This document shows, in pieces, positions 8,284-18,421 of a stretch of DNA of 64,000 nucleotides. A program made the translations under genes and the position numbers. The stretch covers positions 7,173 through 71,172 of the IMG/VR virus record IMGVR_UViG_3300042569_002957; one strand, written 5' to 3'. The stretch's first letter is position 1. Each line of letters begins with the position of its first letter. Under the pieces are notes generated by a model. The model had not been told where the DNA came from, ran no database searches, and saw only the letters and a program-made list of their open reading frames with translations. The DNA is from a virus. Its lineage: Duplodnaviria; Caudoviricetes.

Positions 8284-11040
8284 ATGGCTAATACTATTTT
8301 AGTTAAGAATTCGGGTACAACTACGTCTGTACCTGCTTCTATGACTCATGGGGAACTGGCGTTAAACTATGCAGATGGCAAGTTATTCTATAAGAACGCA
8401 TCTAATACTATTGTTGGCGCTAAATTAATTACTGGAATCTCTGGCACTACAGATCAAATTACTGTAACTGAAACCTCTGGCTCTTTTGTTGTAAGCTTAC
8501 CATCCGCCGTCTCAGTTTCTGGCAATATAGCTGCTGGAGGCAACCTCATCTCCAATAACTCATCTGGTGATGAGGGTGGTGAAATTTTCCTAAAGAAAGC
8601 AGTTACCAACACCACCCTTACTGGTGGAGTCACTATTGACGTTTGGCAAAACAGACTTCGCTTTTTTGAGCAAGGCGGAAATGCAAGAGGTTTTTATCTT
8701 GACATAACTACTGGAGGCGATGGTGTTGGTACCAGTCTTCTTGCTGGCGTACAAGGTTCACAAGGCCCTCAAGGAGCCACAGGCTCCCAAGGAGCTACGG
8801 GTTCTCAAGGAGCCACAGGTTCTCAGGGGGCTACCGGTCCCCAAGGCACCACAGGTTCCACTGGCGCTCAAGGAGACATAGGACCACAAGGCTCCACTGG
8901 TCCCCAAGGGGAAACAGGGGCCACTGGATCTCAAGGACCACAGGGTTCAGCTGGCCCCCAAGGTGCAACAGGAGTACAAGGTGCTACTGGTCCCCAAGGC
9001 GTCACAGGCCCACAAGGTCCTCAGGGTGATATTGGATCTCAAGGTTCTACGGGTCCTCAAGGTGCCACAGGAGCTACTGGATCTCAGGGTCCTCAAGGTT
9101 CCGCTGGTACTCAAGGTGCGACGGGCCCTCAGGGAGCAACTGGAGCTCAAGGTAGCGAAGGACCAGTTGGTGGAGATGGCCCACAGGGTGACGTTGGTCC
9201 GCAAGGAGCTACAGGTTCTCAAGGTGCAACTGGAGCACAAGGATCAACGGGTCCGCAAGGCCCACAGGGGGACGTCGGTTCTCAAGGTGCAACCGGTGCT
9301 CAGGGAGCGACAGGAGCTCAAGGAGCAACAGGCTCCCAAGGTGCAACAGGATCACAAGGCGCAACAGGACCTCAGGGTTCAACAGGCGCCCAAGGGGATA
9401 CGGGACCTCAGGGTTCAGTTGGTCCACAGGGTGACGTCGGACCTCAAGGTGCAGTTGGCTCGCAAGGAGCGCAAGGTGCAACAGGCCCCCAAGGCTCAAC
9501 AGGATCTCAGGGATCTACAGGTCCCCAAGGTGCAACTGGGCCACAGGGAGATGTGGGAGCTCAGGGATCTGTTGGCCCACAGGGAGTTCAAGGGGCCACA
9601 GGATCTCAGGGAGCAACTGGGGCACAGGGAGCAACGGGCTCTTTTGGCGGAGCAACTTTTTCATATAATTACTTAACAAGTACAGCAGATAGTGATCCTG
9701 GTACAACAAACTTAAAGTTTGACAATACTCTTGTGACTGCAACTTTCTTATATATAGACCCAGTTGACAGTAACTCTGTAGATGTATCTGCATATCTTGA
9801 GACAATTGATGATTCAAGTTCCGCAATTAAGGGACACTTTAGGGTAGAAGAAGTTGGGAATTCAGCGGCCTTTGCTTATTACGCAATAAGTGGAGCACAC
9901 ACTTATGTATCCTCATATTATAAAGTTCCAGTTACTTATCTGACTGGCTCTTCTCCATCATGGGCAAATGGTCAAGATATAGTTATTACATTTGTTCGTA
10001 CTGGAGACAAAGGTGATACTGGTGATACAGGCGCACAAGGTGCAACTGGTTCGCAGGGTGCAACTGGTTCGCAGGGAGCAACTGGAGCTCAAGGAGCCAC
10101 TGGCGCTCAGGGAGCTACTGGCACCACAGGAGACACGGGACCGCAAGGTTCCACGGGCCCTCAGGGATCAGTAGGACCACAAGGTGATACTGGCCCTCAA
10201 GGTCCGCAGGGAGCCACAGGAGCTCAAGGAGCAACAGGTGCCCAGGGAGCCACAGGTCCCCAAGGCGCAACTGGCCCCCAAGGAGATGTCGGATCCCAAG
10301 GCGCTACTGGCTCCCAAGGTGCAACTGGACCACAAGGACCACAAGGGGACACTGGCTCACAAGGCGCAACTGGCTCACAAGGTGCTGCTGGCCCCCAAGG
10401 AGACATGGGTCCTCAAGGTTCTACTGGCCCGCAAGGACCACAAGGCTCCATTGGTCCTCAGGGTGAAACGGGATCCCAGGGTTCGACAGGACCACAGGGA
10501 GCAACTGGAGCACAGGGTTCTGCTGGCCCACAAGGAGACATGGGTCCTCAGGGTTCAACTGGAGCCCAAGGTCCGCAAGGAGCAACTGGACCACAAGGCG
10601 CAACAGGCGCTCAAGGTGCTACTGGCGCTCAAGGAGATGTTGGTCCACAGGGTTCCGTGGGTCCACAGGGACCACAAGGTTCTGTTGGACCTCAAGGTGA
10701 AACGGGGTCACAAGGATCTGCTGGACCACAGGGTGCAACTGGCCCACAGGGTTCTACTGGCCCACAAGGAGACATAGGTCCGCAGGGTTCAACCGGACCA
10801 CAAGGACCACAAGGTGCCACAGGTTCTCAAGGCGCTACAGGTCCGCAAGGAACACAAGGAGCAACGGGCCCAGTTGCTGGTTCTGCAAATCAGGTCGTAT
10901 ATAAAGACGGTTCTAACGATGCTGCTGGCAGTGCAAACCTTACATTTGACGGCACAACATTGTCGGTGAGTTCCGTGAGTGTAGCAACTGTAAACAATGT
11001 GAGAGACAATATGATGAAATTTATAATGGAGGTTATGTAA
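8284..11040 (+). CDS. Collagen-like tail fibre/virion fibre protein with Mtd_N-like N-terminus
   Basis: N-terminal [17 protein letters not shown]; two long Gly-X-Y tracts separated by a globular insert of about 120 aa. Confidence 0.85.
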   Translation: MANTILVKNSGTTTSVPASMTHGELALNYADGKLFYKNASNTIVGAKLITGISGTTDQITVTETSGSFVVSLPSAVSVSGNIAAGGNLISNNSSGDEGGEIFLKKAVTNTTLTGGVTIDVWQNRLRFFEQGGNARGFYLDITTGGDGVGTSLLAGVQGSQGPQGATGSQGATGSQGATGSQGATGPQGTTGSTGAQGDIGPQGSTGPQGETGATGSQGPQGSAGPQGATGVQGATGPQGVTGPQGPQGDIGSQGSTGPQGATGATGSQGPQGSAGTQGATGPQGATGAQGSEGPVGGDGPQGDVGPQGATGSQGATGAQGSTGPQGPQGDVGSQGATGAQGATGAQGATGSQGATGSQGATGPQGSTGAQGDTGPQGSVGPQGDVGPQGAVGSQGAQGATGPQGSTGSQGSTGPQGATGPQGDVGAQGSVGPQGVQGATGSQGATGAQGATGSFGGATFSYNYLTSTADSDPGTTNLKFDNTLVTATFLYIDPVDSNSVDVSAYLETIDDSSSAIKGHFRVEEVGNSAAFAYYAISGAHTYVSSYYKVPVTYLTGSSPSWANGQDIVITFVRTGDKGDTGDTGAQGATGSQGATGSQGATGAQGATGAQGATGTTGDTGPQGSTGPQGSVGPQGDTGPQGPQGATGAQGATGAQGATGPQGATGPQGDVGSQGATGSQGATGPQGPQGDTGSQGATGSQGAAGPQGDMGPQGSTGPQGPQGSIGPQGETGSQGSTGPQGATGAQGSAGPQGDMGPQGSTGAQGPQGATGPQGATGAQGATGAQGDVGPQGSVGPQGPQGSVGPQGETGSQGSAGPQGATGPQGSTGPQGDIGPQGSTGPQGPQGATGSQGATGPQGTQGATGPVAGSANQVVYKDGSNDAAGSANLTFDGTTLSVSSVSVATVNNVRDNMMKFIMEVM
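8746..9645 (+). repeat. Collagen (Gly-X-Y)n tract 1, hexapeptide period G-x-T-G-x-Q
   Basis: Continuous [12 protein letters not shown] triplets. Confidence 0.95.
10003..10875 (+). repeat. Collagen (Gly-X-Y)n tract 2
   Basis: Continuous triplets from GDK to GPV. Confidence 0.95.
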
Positions 11041-11408
11041 TGCCCTTAACACAGAAAAGACTTGTCGGACCAGCAGCATTTGCTACGTCTGCAGGAGATA
11101 TATACACCGTCCCATATAATGTTGGATACGTAACGACGGTTGTAATTAAAGAAATTATTTTATGCAACACGTCTGCTTCCGCACAAACAGTAACGCTATA
11201 CCTAAAGCCATACGGAGTAACTGTAGCAAGTTCGCACATTTTTATTAACTCGCTAACACTTGCAGCTAACGAAACAGTGACATTGTCAACTTCAATGGTA
11301 TTAACAAATAATAATAATACTGCTGGAGATACATATTCAGATAAAATACGAGGACTAGCAAGCGCAGTAACGGTCAACTATATTTTGAATGGATACGAGG
11401 AATACTAA
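11040..11408 (+). CDS. Small beta-rich putative virion protein
   Basis: Overlaps the stop of the fibre gene; Thr/Val-rich beta-strand pattern. Confidence 0.65.
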   Translation: MPLTQKRLVGPAAFATSAGDIYTVPYNVGYVTTVVIKEIILCNTSASAQTVTLYLKPYGVTVASSHIFINSLTLAANETVTLSTSMVLTNNNNTAGDTYSDKIRGLASAVTVNYILNGYEEY

Positions 11409-11409
11409 A

Positions 11410-12228
11410 ATGGGAAAGTTCATTTTTACGAATGGAGGTGGTCTGAGCGTCGCCTCTGGACCATCAACAACGTCAAAAGCGAACTCCAACCTCACTGGTT
11501 TCCTTGATGCGCCAGACTCAGTTTACGGTTCTGCTGCGCACGGAACGGCAACGCTAAACACAACAACTGGTGCAGCGGGGACGTATTCGTCATCTACAAC
11601 TTCGCTAGGACTAACGTACGTCGCTGGTCCGCCGATTGTGTTTACAATGACGCAGGACATATATACACTTAACTTGATAATTGACGACAACGTTAGATTA
11701 AATCCCGCAGGGTATAGAATTTTTGTTCAAAATATCCTGACACTTGGTAATGGTTCAATCATTGGCCACACCGCAGGATTTTCAACTATTGGTTCAGTTC
11801 AACAGGGCGGAGCTGCAAATAGCGGGGCATTGACTCATAGTCTTGGTGGCTCGAGTGAAACGGCAGGAGTTACTGCACCAACTGCAGGAACAGGCGGGAC
11901 CGACTACTATAAACAGCCTTTCCAAGCAATTAAAGGGTATTCCATTACGGGAACATCGACTACTGTAACTCCCTTACGTGGTGGCGCTGGCGGCACTGTT
12001 GGAGTGGGCGGTGGAGTAGTTATTCTTGCAGCAAGATACATCGGTCTTTCTAGCGGTACGGCAACAGCAACTATCAAGGCACCAGGAACTGCTGGTGCAG
12101 GTGGCGGTGGCGGTGGAGTGGTGATTATTATTTCTTCCGCTGGAGTTCTGACTTCTGGCGTATCAACCGATGTCACTGGTGGAACTAGCTGTAGCGCGGG
12201 TACTGTTATTTATTCGCAGGTAGTATAA
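11410..12228 (+). CDS. Gly/Thr-rich putative virion (fibre-associated) protein
   Basis: GGGGG...VII.A motifs; shares a YT-L-I-------L---G-RIFV segment with the next gene. Start moved to ATG 11410. Confidence 0.65.
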   Translation: MGKFIFTNGGGLSVASGPSTTSKANSNLTGFLDAPDSVYGSAAHGTATLNTTTGAAGTYSSSTTSLGLTYVAGPPIVFTMTQDIYTLNLIIDDNVRLNPAGYRIFVQNILTLGNGSIIGHTAGFSTIGSVQQGGAANSGALTHSLGGSSETAGVTAPTAGTGGTDYYKQPFQAIKGYSITGTSTTVTPLRGGAGGTVGVGGGVVILAARYIGLSSGTATATIKAPGTAGAGGGGGGVVIIISSAGVLTSGVSTDVTGGTSCSAGTVIYSQVV

Positions 12229-12229
12229 A

Positions 12230-13858
12230 ATGGTAATTAGAAGAGTAAATAAACCCATTGCCCAAAGAGAAGGTGGAGACGCCATCTTTGGAGAAGGTAC
12301 AGACGGCCCAGTAACCATATCGAGTGGAACTACATTTTTAACCAAAGACATGTATTACACTAACTTAACAGTTGATTCTGGCGCAACACTATTTACAAAT
12401 GGATTCCGCGTATTTGTCAATGGAACTTTTACAAATAACGGAACAGTCGGAATGCCTACCGCAACTGAACACTCTGTGGCAGATGGAAGTGGCACCATTG
12501 CCGGAAGACAAACTGCCCTCAATCCATCTAAAGCTTGGGGTACGAGTACAGATCCAATATCCGTAACAGAGATCTATGACTTAGATGACGCGGTATCTGG
12601 ATTTTTTATTACCGGCGCAGGAGTTGTCACAAAGATCGCTGGAGGCTCATTAGGGGTAGTTGGTTCCAACGGTACAACCACTGCAGCTACTGGCCCATTT
12701 GCTGGAAACGCTGGAAACTTTCCTGGAGCCAATACGGGGCAGGCTGGCGGTGCAGGAAATGCAGGAACCGCTGGCGGCGCAGCAACTGCGGGAACTGGCG
12801 GTGCAGGTGGTCTTGGCGGTGGATTAGTTATTATCTTTGCCAAGACAATTGCTGGTTCTGGAACATTAGTAAGCTATGGATTTGCTGGATCCGCAGGGAA
12901 CCCAGCTACACAAGGAGCTGCTGGCACTGCAGGAAACCCTGCACCTAACATAACTGGATATCATACGTCGGGGACCTTTCATCACCCTGCTGGATCAACC
13001 GGACCAAACCCAGGAGCAGGCACCCCACACCCTGCTGGACATAATCCTGCAACCCCACACCCAGCTGGTTCTACTCCAGGTAACCCCCATCCAGCTAGTC
13101 ATAATGCAGGGACACATCATCATCCCGCTAACTCTATAACTGCGGTTGTTCCATTTAGTGCGAACCCTCACCCAGCTGGGCATAACCCTCATGTCGCAGG
13201 CAATCCTCACGGGGCTAGTCATAACGCAGGGCACGGCACCCACCATCATCCATCCGGGCACAATCCCGCAGGGCCCTATAACCCCCATAATAAAGGTCCC
13301 AATCCAGGCAACCCTCACCCAGCTGGCAACCACACTGGGCACCACGGTGCTGGTGGTCATCGCGGGTTTACTTTTCATTCAGGCAATCCTCACCCAGCTG
13401 GGCATAACCCTCATGTCGCAGGCAATCCTCACCCAGCTGGGCATACTTCAGGAAATCACCATCACCCTGCTGGATCACACGGTCCGCACGCTGCCCTTAC
13501 AGCGGGCAACCCGCACCCTGCTGGACATAATCCCGCAACCCCACACCCAGCTGGCTCCACTCCAGGTAACCCTCACCCAGCTAGCCATAACGCAGGGACG
13601 CATCCACATACTGTGGCAACGGTGAACTTGACAACAGGTACAGTAACAAGCAACAGGGGCGCTGCCCCATCACACACGGCTACTAATGCTAATTACACGG
13701 GAGGCGCTGGAGGTGCCGCTGGAGTAGGTGGAGCAGCAAATGCGGGAGGAACTGGAGTCACGGGTTCCACTGGTGGTATAATTATTGTTACGAGAAATGC
13801 TGGAAATGCCGCAGGTCAAATTGGACATTCAAACTATAGTAAGATAATTGATATTTAA
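12230..13858 (+). CDS. Gly-rich putative virion protein carrying a His/Pro-rich repeat insert
   Basis: GAGG/GGGLVII motifs flank about 220 aa of NPHPAGH-type repeats. Confidence 0.7.
   Translation: MVIRRVNKPIAQREGGDAIFGEGTDGPVTISSGTTFLTKDMYYTNLTVDSGATLFTNGFRVFVNGTFTNNGTVGMPTATEHSVADGSGTIAGRQTALNPSKAWGTSTDPISVTEIYDLDDAVSGFFITGAGVVTKIAGGSLGVVGSNGTTTAATGPFAGNAGNFPGANTGQAGGAGNAGTAGGAATAGTGGAGGLGGGLVIIFAKTIAGSGTLVSYGFAGSAGNPATQGAAGTAGNPAPNITGYHTSGTFHHPAGSTGPNPGAGTPHPAGHNPATPHPAGSTPGNPHPASHNAGTHHHPANSITAVVPFSANPHPAGHNPHVAGNPHGASHNAGHGTHHHPSGHNPAGPYNPHNKGPNPGNPHPAGNHTGHHGAGGHRGFTFHSGNPHPAGHNPHVAGNPHPAGHTSGNHHHPAGSHGPHAALTAGNPHPAGHNPATPHPAGSTPGNPHPASHNAGTHPHTVATVNLTTGTVTSNRGAAPSHTATNANYTGGAGGAAGVGGAANAGGTGVTGSTGGIIIVTRNAGNAAGQIGHSNYSKIIDI
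12962..13609 (+). repeat. His-Pro repeat insert (NPHPAGH)n, with DNA-level duplications
   Basis: Block PHPAGHNPATPHPAGSTPGNPHPASHNAGTH and block NPHPAGHNPHVAGNPH each occur twice. Confidence 0.9.
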
Positions 13859-13867
13859 AAAAAGAAA

Positions 13868-13896
13868 TTGACAAAAAAATACTTCCATAGTATAAT
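13868..13896 (+). promoter_or_regulatory. Perfect consensus sigma70/SigA promoter for the oxygenase/halogenase operon
   Basis: TTGACA-17 nt-TATAAT, followed by an AGGAAAGG RBS. Confidence 0.85.
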
Positions 13897-13922
13897 GGAA
13901 GCTTAACAGGAAAGGTATTATA

Positions 13923-14171
13923 ATGAGCTTTTTTAACACTATTACTAATGAGCAAAAAATACAAAACATAGATGCTAGACTGCTTGGCATAAAGCAACAG
14001 CTTTATGGGGTATTGATGATGGCTGGAGTAAATCCAGAAACATTTGATATTGCTACTTTTGATCCACTAACAGAAATCGACGCACTATTTGCTGGTTACA
14101 CTACCGAGATCGAAAGACTTATTCAATCTTGCAATCTAATGGATGAAATACGTCAACAGGTTTTGGGCTAA
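13923..14171 (+). CDS. Small helical protein (paralogue of 18170-18406)
   Basis: QK...L....L...GVNPE motif shared with 18170-18406. Confidence 0.7.
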   Translation: MSFFNTITNEQKIQNIDARLLGIKQQLYGVLMMAGVNPETFDIATFDPLTEIDALFAGYTTEIERLIQSCNLMDEIRQQVLG

Positions 14172-14173
14172 AA

Positions 14174-14764
14174 ATGAAAATGCTAGAGCACGCCCCCTGT
14201 ATTGTGCAATACGATAACGTATTTGATACAAAAAATTTCATTAGTCAGATAGAAGAAGAGTGTAGCCAACCATGGGGCTATCTTCACTGGGAGCGTTCTA
14301 CCGTAGGTAGTGGAGTGGTAGATCCGATTAGAACATCAATGAGTTGCGAACTTGCACCACTAGGCAGTAATGATATTGGAATAGAAAGAGTAATCCCTAT
14401 AGCCAAGGAATGGCAAAGAATATGGGGATTAATAGACAAGTACGTGTGGGAATATAGAAATCATTTTGAACTTGATTTACAGTCAGACGAAGGGTGTCGA
14501 ATACTCAAATATGGTGGTGGAGCGTCATATCACGTTCATCATGATCATCACCCCGATAACTCAAGAGTGCTGAGCATGGTTGCATTTCTAAATGATGGGT
14601 ACAGTGGTGGCAATTTGGTATTCCCACGTTTTGACACTAAAATTATACCAAAAGCTGGAAGTGTAGTTTTTTTTCCAGCTAACTATCCCTACATTCATAT
14701 AGCTGAACCGGTAGGGCAAAAAGATGAGACTATTAAGTATTCCTTGGTAACGTGGTTTAGATGA
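14174..14764 (+). CDS. 2OG-Fe(II) oxygenase (prolyl-hydroxylase-like)
   Basis: LKYGGGASYHVHHD (HxD), FLNDGYSGGNLVF, YPYIH (distal His), KYSLVTWF. Confidence 0.9.
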   Translation: MKMLEHAPCIVQYDNVFDTKNFISQIEEECSQPWGYLHWERSTVGSGVVDPIRTSMSCELAPLGSNDIGIERVIPIAKEWQRIWGLIDKYVWEYRNHFELDLQSDEGCRILKYGGGASYHVHHDHHPDNSRVLSMVAFLNDGYSGGNLVFPRFDTKIIPKAGSVVFFPANYPYIHIAEPVGQKDETIKYSLVTWFR

Positions 14765-14931
14765 ATCCAGAGCAGCCGCCGCAAGCTCCGATTTTAGATG
14801 AAGAACTTGATAAAATAATTTTTGATGTAACCACTGGAAGGTGGAAGCATTTGGGGGAGACTACAAAATGCAGCTACATTGATAGCCCGATGCCCAATGA
14901 AATGAAAGATAAAAAATTATATGACCTATAA
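14761..14931 (+). CDS. Small hypothetical protein (56 aa, not in ORF track)
   Basis: ATG overlaps the upstream TGA; fills the operon gap. Confidence 0.5.
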   Translation: MNPEQPPQAPILDEELDKIIFDVTTGRWKHLGETTKCSYIDSPMPNEMKDKKLYDL

Positions 14932-15190
14932 TCTCCAGAAAGACTTTTTATATATTCAGAATAATCTATTTGCTACCTTAGAATTGATCGGCTTAGATTC
15001 CAGTATGGTTGATTCTTACACCCTGGAAGAAATAATCCAGCAATGTTCTGTTATATATGGGGAACCACACCATGATATTGATTCTCCCGCAGATTGCGAT
15101 AGACAAGCTTCGCTGCGCCGAGCACATATGAATGTTCGTAGATTCTGGTATTACTACACACTATTGAAATGGAAGATGCAAAATGCTTAG
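14921..15190 (+). CDS. Small helical hypothetical protein
   Basis: Operon packing; weak similarity to 13923 and 18170 (LFATLELIGLD). Confidence 0.6.
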   Translation: MTYNLQKDFLYIQNNLFATLELIGLDSSMVDSYTLEEIIQQCSVIYGEPHHDIDSPADCDRQASLRRAHMNVRRFWYYYTLLKWKMQNA

Positions 15191-15905
15191 AGAGAATCCT
15201 ACCATATACGATATAAGTCTACTAGCTAGACAACTAAGCAACAGTCCTGGCGCAGATTATGACGCTGAACAAATATCAGACTTTTGTCAACGTTCTTTGT
15301 CTGAAGAACTAGAATCCGGCGTAGATAGAAGTCGCCAAGCTATTGGCTTCTTAACCACTTTAAATTATTTAGAATTTTTATCTCCACCAACTAGTCCCTC
15401 GCATGACATAGCTTCAGTGCATTTCCTTGTCGTGGAGATGTTAGTTGCTTTGCAAAAGCCCTCAAAAATATTATTTGCACCTTTTGCGTACAAGGGTCTT
15501 GATGTAAATTATCCGCTTTTTGTAGAAAATAATGTTTCAGAAATTCATGTCATGAATTTACCACTTCTTGATTATGTAGAGCGTTTTTGGGGCATCAACA
15601 TTGCCGACGAACATACCATCGACATGCAGGATATTCAAGACGGAAATTATGACAATGATTACAATTTAATTGTGGCGTATTTAGAAAACTTCTGCCATGA
15701 TGACGAAATGCTAGTTGGAATGGTAGATCATTTATCCAGTGGTGGTACACTATTATTGATGGCCACCAATGATCTTGGGGGCTTATACATAAATCAAGAG
15801 TCTCACCCCTATCATCACCCACACCAAATGCTTTCCGACAGAGAAGATGTCGTAACATTTCACTTGCCGTTTGCTCTTGGGTACACTTTGGTCATTAAAA
15901 AATGA
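15183..15905 (+). CDS. Class I SAM-methyltransferase-like protein (divergent)
   Basis: DYNLIV...VDHLSSGGTLLL resembles MTase motifs; the glycine-rich motif I is poor. Confidence 0.45.
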   Translation: MLRENPTIYDISLLARQLSNSPGADYDAEQISDFCQRSLSEELESGVDRSRQAIGFLTTLNYLEFLSPPTSPSHDIASVHFLVVEMLVALQKPSKILFAPFAYKGLDVNYPLFVENNVSEIHVMNLPLLDYVERFWGINIADEHTIDMQDIQDGNYDNDYNLIVAYLENFCHDDEMLVGMVDHLSSGGTLLLMATNDLGGLYINQESHPYHHPHQMLSDREDVVTFHLPFALGYTLVIKK

Positions 15906-17377
15906 ATGAAAAAAAAATAGTTATTATTGGATCTGGAACAGCAGGATTGGTGACGGCGCTTATCATCAAATCATTATTCCAAAAATATGAAGTCATTGTA
16001 GTGTCTTCTAGTAAAAAGCCAATAATAGGGGTAGGTGAAGGGTCGACTGAGCACTGGAGACTTTTCCAGAATCTAGTTGGCATAGATGTTCGTGACATGG
16101 TGAAGTATGCGGACATAACACATAAGTATGGTATACGCTATGAAAATTGGACAAATCATACTCCAGACTACTTTCATAGCGTTGGAGATACTGGTTTGCA
16201 TGTAGAAAGTTTTTGGGGCAGTTACGCCTATGCGCTAGAAAATAATTTACTATTAACTAATACCTTTTCATGGAAGGGGTTAGTGGAAAATAAAATTATA
16301 GACTCTGGAGATCAAGTACACTTTGGCACCAATCAATATCATTTTGATACATTCAAGTTAAATACGTTCCTTAGCAATACCGCTAAGTCCAAAGGGGTGC
16401 TGTTTTTAGACGACGAAGTTTCCAATATAGATACGGATGAAGATGGCTACATTGGCAGTATACACCTGCGCAACGCTAATAAAAATCTTATGGGAGACTT
16501 TTTTGTAGACGCAACTGGATTTCATCGCGAAATCTTAAGCAAAATTTCTGATTCAACGTTCATACCGTATAAAAAATATTTACCATGTGACAAGGCCATT
16601 GCCTTTCCGACTGAGTCAGATCCGTCTGGCGAAATAAGACCATACACTCGAGCTCGTGCGCTTAATAATGGTTGGATGTGGGAAATCCCTACGCAAACAA
16701 GAAGGGGCAATGGATACGTATTCTCTTCTGATTTTTGCACAGTAGATCAAGCTGTTGATGAAGCTTCTCAGGTACACGGCTTTCAGATAGAGCCCGCAAA
16801 AATACTTGACTTCAAATCAGGTTACTTTAAGACAACTTGGAAAAATAATTGCATAGCCGTTGGACTAGCTGCTGGATTCGTAGAGCCCCTAGAGGCTACG
16901 TCTATATCTACGACAATTCAACAAGCGCGATTGCTATGCTCATATTTGCCGACCTTTTCAAAAGAAAAAACTTATGGGATAAAAGAATATCATCGTGTTA
17001 TGGATTCAATTATGGAAAATATTTTATGTATGATTGCTCTTCACTATATGTCAGATAGGTCTGATACGGAAATGTGGAAAGCTCAACAGTCCGCAGAAAA
17101 GCCAGCTCTTTTAAAGCACTTAATCGAATTATGGGACACGCGTTGTCCAGAAAGCCATGATGTTCCTTCTACTGGCTATGAACTTTTCGGAGCTGCTCAC
17201 CTATGGCACGTTGCTCAAGGGCAAGGCGTGCTCGATAGGAACGCTGCATCTATGCAGTTAGATGCGTATGGGTCTCGTAACAATGTAAGAAAAAACATAT
17301 CGCAAATATCACAACATCTTTTACAACAGAAATTGGTATGCCATGCTGAAGCGCTCGCAAAAACTAAAAATAGTTAG
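15902..17377 (+). CDS. Flavin-dependent tryptophan-halogenase-like protein (PrnA family)
   Basis: IVIIGSGTAG FAD motif, IGVGEGS, YHFD, FFVDATGF, GWMWEIP (WxWxIP), GFVEPLEATSI. Confidence 0.9.
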   Translation: MNEKKIVIIGSGTAGLVTALIIKSLFQKYEVIVVSSSKKPIIGVGEGSTEHWRLFQNLVGIDVRDMVKYADITHKYGIRYENWTNHTPDYFHSVGDTGLHVESFWGSYAYALENNLLLTNTFSWKGLVENKIIDSGDQVHFGTNQYHFDTFKLNTFLSNTAKSKGVLFLDDEVSNIDTDEDGYIGSIHLRNANKNLMGDFFVDATGFHREILSKISDSTFIPYKKYLPCDKAIAFPTESDPSGEIRPYTRARALNNGWMWEIPTQTRRGNGYVFSSDFCTVDQAVDEASQVHGFQIEPAKILDFKSGYFKTTWKNNCIAVGLAAGFVEPLEATSISTTIQQARLLCSYLPTFSKEKTYGIKEYHRVMDSIMENILCMIALHYMSDRSDTEMWKAQQSAEKPALLKHLIELWDTRCPESHDVPSTGYELFGAAHLWHVAQGQGVLDRNAASMQLDAYGSRNNVRKNISQISQHLLQQKLVCHAEALAKTKNS

Positions 17378-18170
17378 TCCTCGTATATTTAACGATATGC
17401 CAAAACTTAAAGAAGGGCAAGTTCTGCTAAGTGCCCAATCTAATTTTTTGATGGATGATTCTTGTCGCCCCTATGCAAACGAAGGTAACTGGCCGGATTG
17501 GTGGAAGGCTTTAAGTGCTCAAGAAGGTAGTCTTAAAAGATGCTCAGGGACGTCAGATTATTTATCTACTGGATTTACTATACCCATTTGGGCTAACTTA
17601 CTGTTTAGACCTTCTTTAAACGGCAAGTCGTGGGATGTTAAATTCGATCTGACTAATGGTATGGGGGATTTTGGCATAGAAGGGTTTGACTATAAGCAGA
17701 CCGGGGAATGCCCAGTGAGTAGATCTAGGAAAATGCCAGAAGCTAATTATGTAAAAATTATTAACCCATGGCTAGTCAAAACTGCACCGGGTTGGTCATG
17801 CCTGTTCTTGCCGACGTTATGGGATCCAAATCCTAATTATACAATGCTACCAGCAGTAGTACATACGGACTACTATCATAACGCACACATGGTAATGAAT
17901 ATACTCACAGATGAACCTTTCGATTTAGATATTGGCAAGGCAATCTGGCACGTAATCCCGTTTAAACGAGCAAAAAAATGTGATATAATATGGGGCGACG
18001 TAGCGTCTTACGACCTGCTAAGATGGCGTGGATTTGGCGGACCTTTTATGCCCAAAAGACAAAAGAGTAAGTACAAAAAAATGCAACGCGATGCCGATAA
18101 TAATATTCAACTTGAAAAAAGATCCTTTCTTAAAAAGATCTTTAGATTCAAAAAACTAGGAGAAATCTAA
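17343..18170 (+). CDS. Hypothetical beta-rich protein
   Basis: Long ORF in operon; KIINPWLVKTAPGWSCLFLP segment. True start uncertain. Confidence 0.65.
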   Translation: MLKRSQKLKIVSPRIFNDMPKLKEGQVLLSAQSNFLMDDSCRPYANEGNWPDWWKALSAQEGSLKRCSGTSDYLSTGFTIPIWANLLFRPSLNGKSWDVKFDLTNGMGDFGIEGFDYKQTGECPVSRSRKMPEANYVKIINPWLVKTAPGWSCLFLPTLWDPNPNYTMLPAVVHTDYYHNAHMVMNILTDEPFDLDIGKAIWHVIPFKRAKKCDIIWGDVASYDLLRWRGFGGPFMPKRQKSKYKKMQRDADNNIQLEKRSFLKKIFRFKKLGEI

Positions 18171-18406
18171 TGGAATTTATACTATCTGAAAATCAAAAAC
18201 AGTTAGCAATTCGAACAGCACGTAGACGTTTAGAATCGGAGTTATTCGCATGTGCGCTGCTATGTGGAGTTAATCCAGAACAATTAGAATTTGTTGACGG
18301 TCTTTTTACCTGGCAGCCTACGGGCGCAGATGAATACTCAACACTTTCTAATGAAGCAAGACTAAGAAGTATTCTCAATGTCTATGAATCATTACTGGCG
18401 CGCTAG
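18170..18406 (+). CDS. Small helical protein (paralogue of 13923-14171)
   Basis: QKQLAI...ELFACALLCGVNPEQ. Confidence 0.7.
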   Translation: MEFILSENQKQLAIRTARRRLESELFACALLCGVNPEQLEFVDGLFTWQPTGADEYSTLSNEARLRSILNVYESLLAR

Positions 18407-18421
18407 CAGAAATAGAATTAC

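Noticed and set aside
8284-8420. Mtd_N-like start suggesting a diversity-generating retroelement
   Set aside because: No reverse transcriptase, Avd or TR/VR pair differing at adenines in the window; Mtd_N is a common fibre anchor.
8947-11377. Many 60-240 aa alternative-frame and antisense ORFs over the collagen gene
   Set aside because: Shadows of the Gly-X-Y repeat, which is stop-poor in other frames; no RBS or domain signal.
12962-13609. CRISPR-like array
   Set aside because: The repeats are in-frame coding duplications with synonymous changes, not constant repeats with unique spacers. No CRISPR array or cas gene was seen anywhere in the window.
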